This document shows, piece by piece, positions 63,950 to 64,000 of a stretch of DNA of 64,000 bases. Below the pieces are notes generated by a model that saw only the letters and a program-made list of their open reading frames with translations, ran no database searches and had not been told where the DNA came from. The DNA is taken from NCBI GenBank assembly GCA_964537835.1, contig CAZICS010000002.1:10356-74355 (forward strand), in the 5' to 3' direction. Positions within the stretch are counted from its first letter, which is position 1; every line of letters starts with the position of its first letter. The DNA is from an uncultured archaeon. Lineage in GTDB: Archaea; Aenigmatarchaeota; Aenigmatarchaeia; CG10238-14; SCSR01. Both the position numbers and the translations under genes were made by a program.

Positions 63950-64000
63950 TCAAATAAGCCCAAAGTTTTGCGCCGGTATGCAACAAATGCAAAGCTCTTT
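63950..64000 (-). CDS. 3' end of a minus-strand CDS truncated by the window edge
   Basis: The reverse frame reads ...KELCICCIPAQNFGLI* with its stop at 63950-63952. Too short to identify. Confidence 0.2.
   Translation of the reverse strand, partial: KELCICCIPAQNFGLI

Noticed and set aside
1-64000. tRNA, rRNA, RNase P, SRP RNA or riboswitch genes.
   Set aside because: Intergenic gaps are almost all under 180 nt, and the largest is about 300 nt. I saw no T-arm (GGTTCRAATCC-like) or acceptor-stem pattern and no rRNA-like conserved blocks. A covariance-model scan (tRNAscan-SE, Infernal/Rfam) would be needed to exclude small ncRNAs formally.

Overview
AT-rich, very gene-dense chromosomal segment of an archaeon. 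It holds roughly 85 protein genes with short intergenic gaps and many 1-4 nt start/stop overlaps such as ATGA and TGATG. Archaeal hallmarks are TFB, an HMf-type histone, aIF5A, Nob1, archaeal-type SAM synthetase, GatD/GatE, and the ether-lipid genes G1P dehydrogenase, GGGP synthase and geranylgeranyl reductase. A full-length reverse gyrase points to a (hyper)thermophile. Many proteins are short, which is compatible with a small-genome lineage, but the lineage cannot be fixed from sequence alone. I found no rRNA, tRNA, CRISPR array, integrase or transposase. Most of the window is housekeeping: DNA repair (family-4 UDG, Ogg, LigD-PE, Lhr plus MPE), redox (TrxR/Trx, CcdA, rubrerythrin), N metabolism (GS, GDH-like, PdaD), and tRNA/rRNA modification. 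The features that stand out:

1. At 43.5-48.9 kb, two divergent operons of entirely unrecognisable proteins share one 59-bp control region. This is my best candidate for an undescribed system.
2. At 50.6-52.8 kb, a tightly coupled triad holds two paralogous NTase+HEPN-like fusion proteins around a small Cys-rich ORF. One paralog keeps an Rx4H motif; the other has W at that position.
3. An 18-nt palindrome family (ATGTTAYAYRTRTAACAT) sits immediately 3' of stop codons. Four copies bracket an ORFan operon at 55.7-56.3 kb and one lies after lhr.
4. Two free-standing LAGLIDADG-type genes are present. One lies with a GIY-YIG/DUF123 gene between two MinD-ferredoxin ATPase paralogs, and the second paralog has its P-loop split by a 19-nt stop-containing insert.
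5. GatE lacks the AspRS-like insertion domain.

All functional calls rest on motifs recognised by eye in the supplied translations. No database search was possible.
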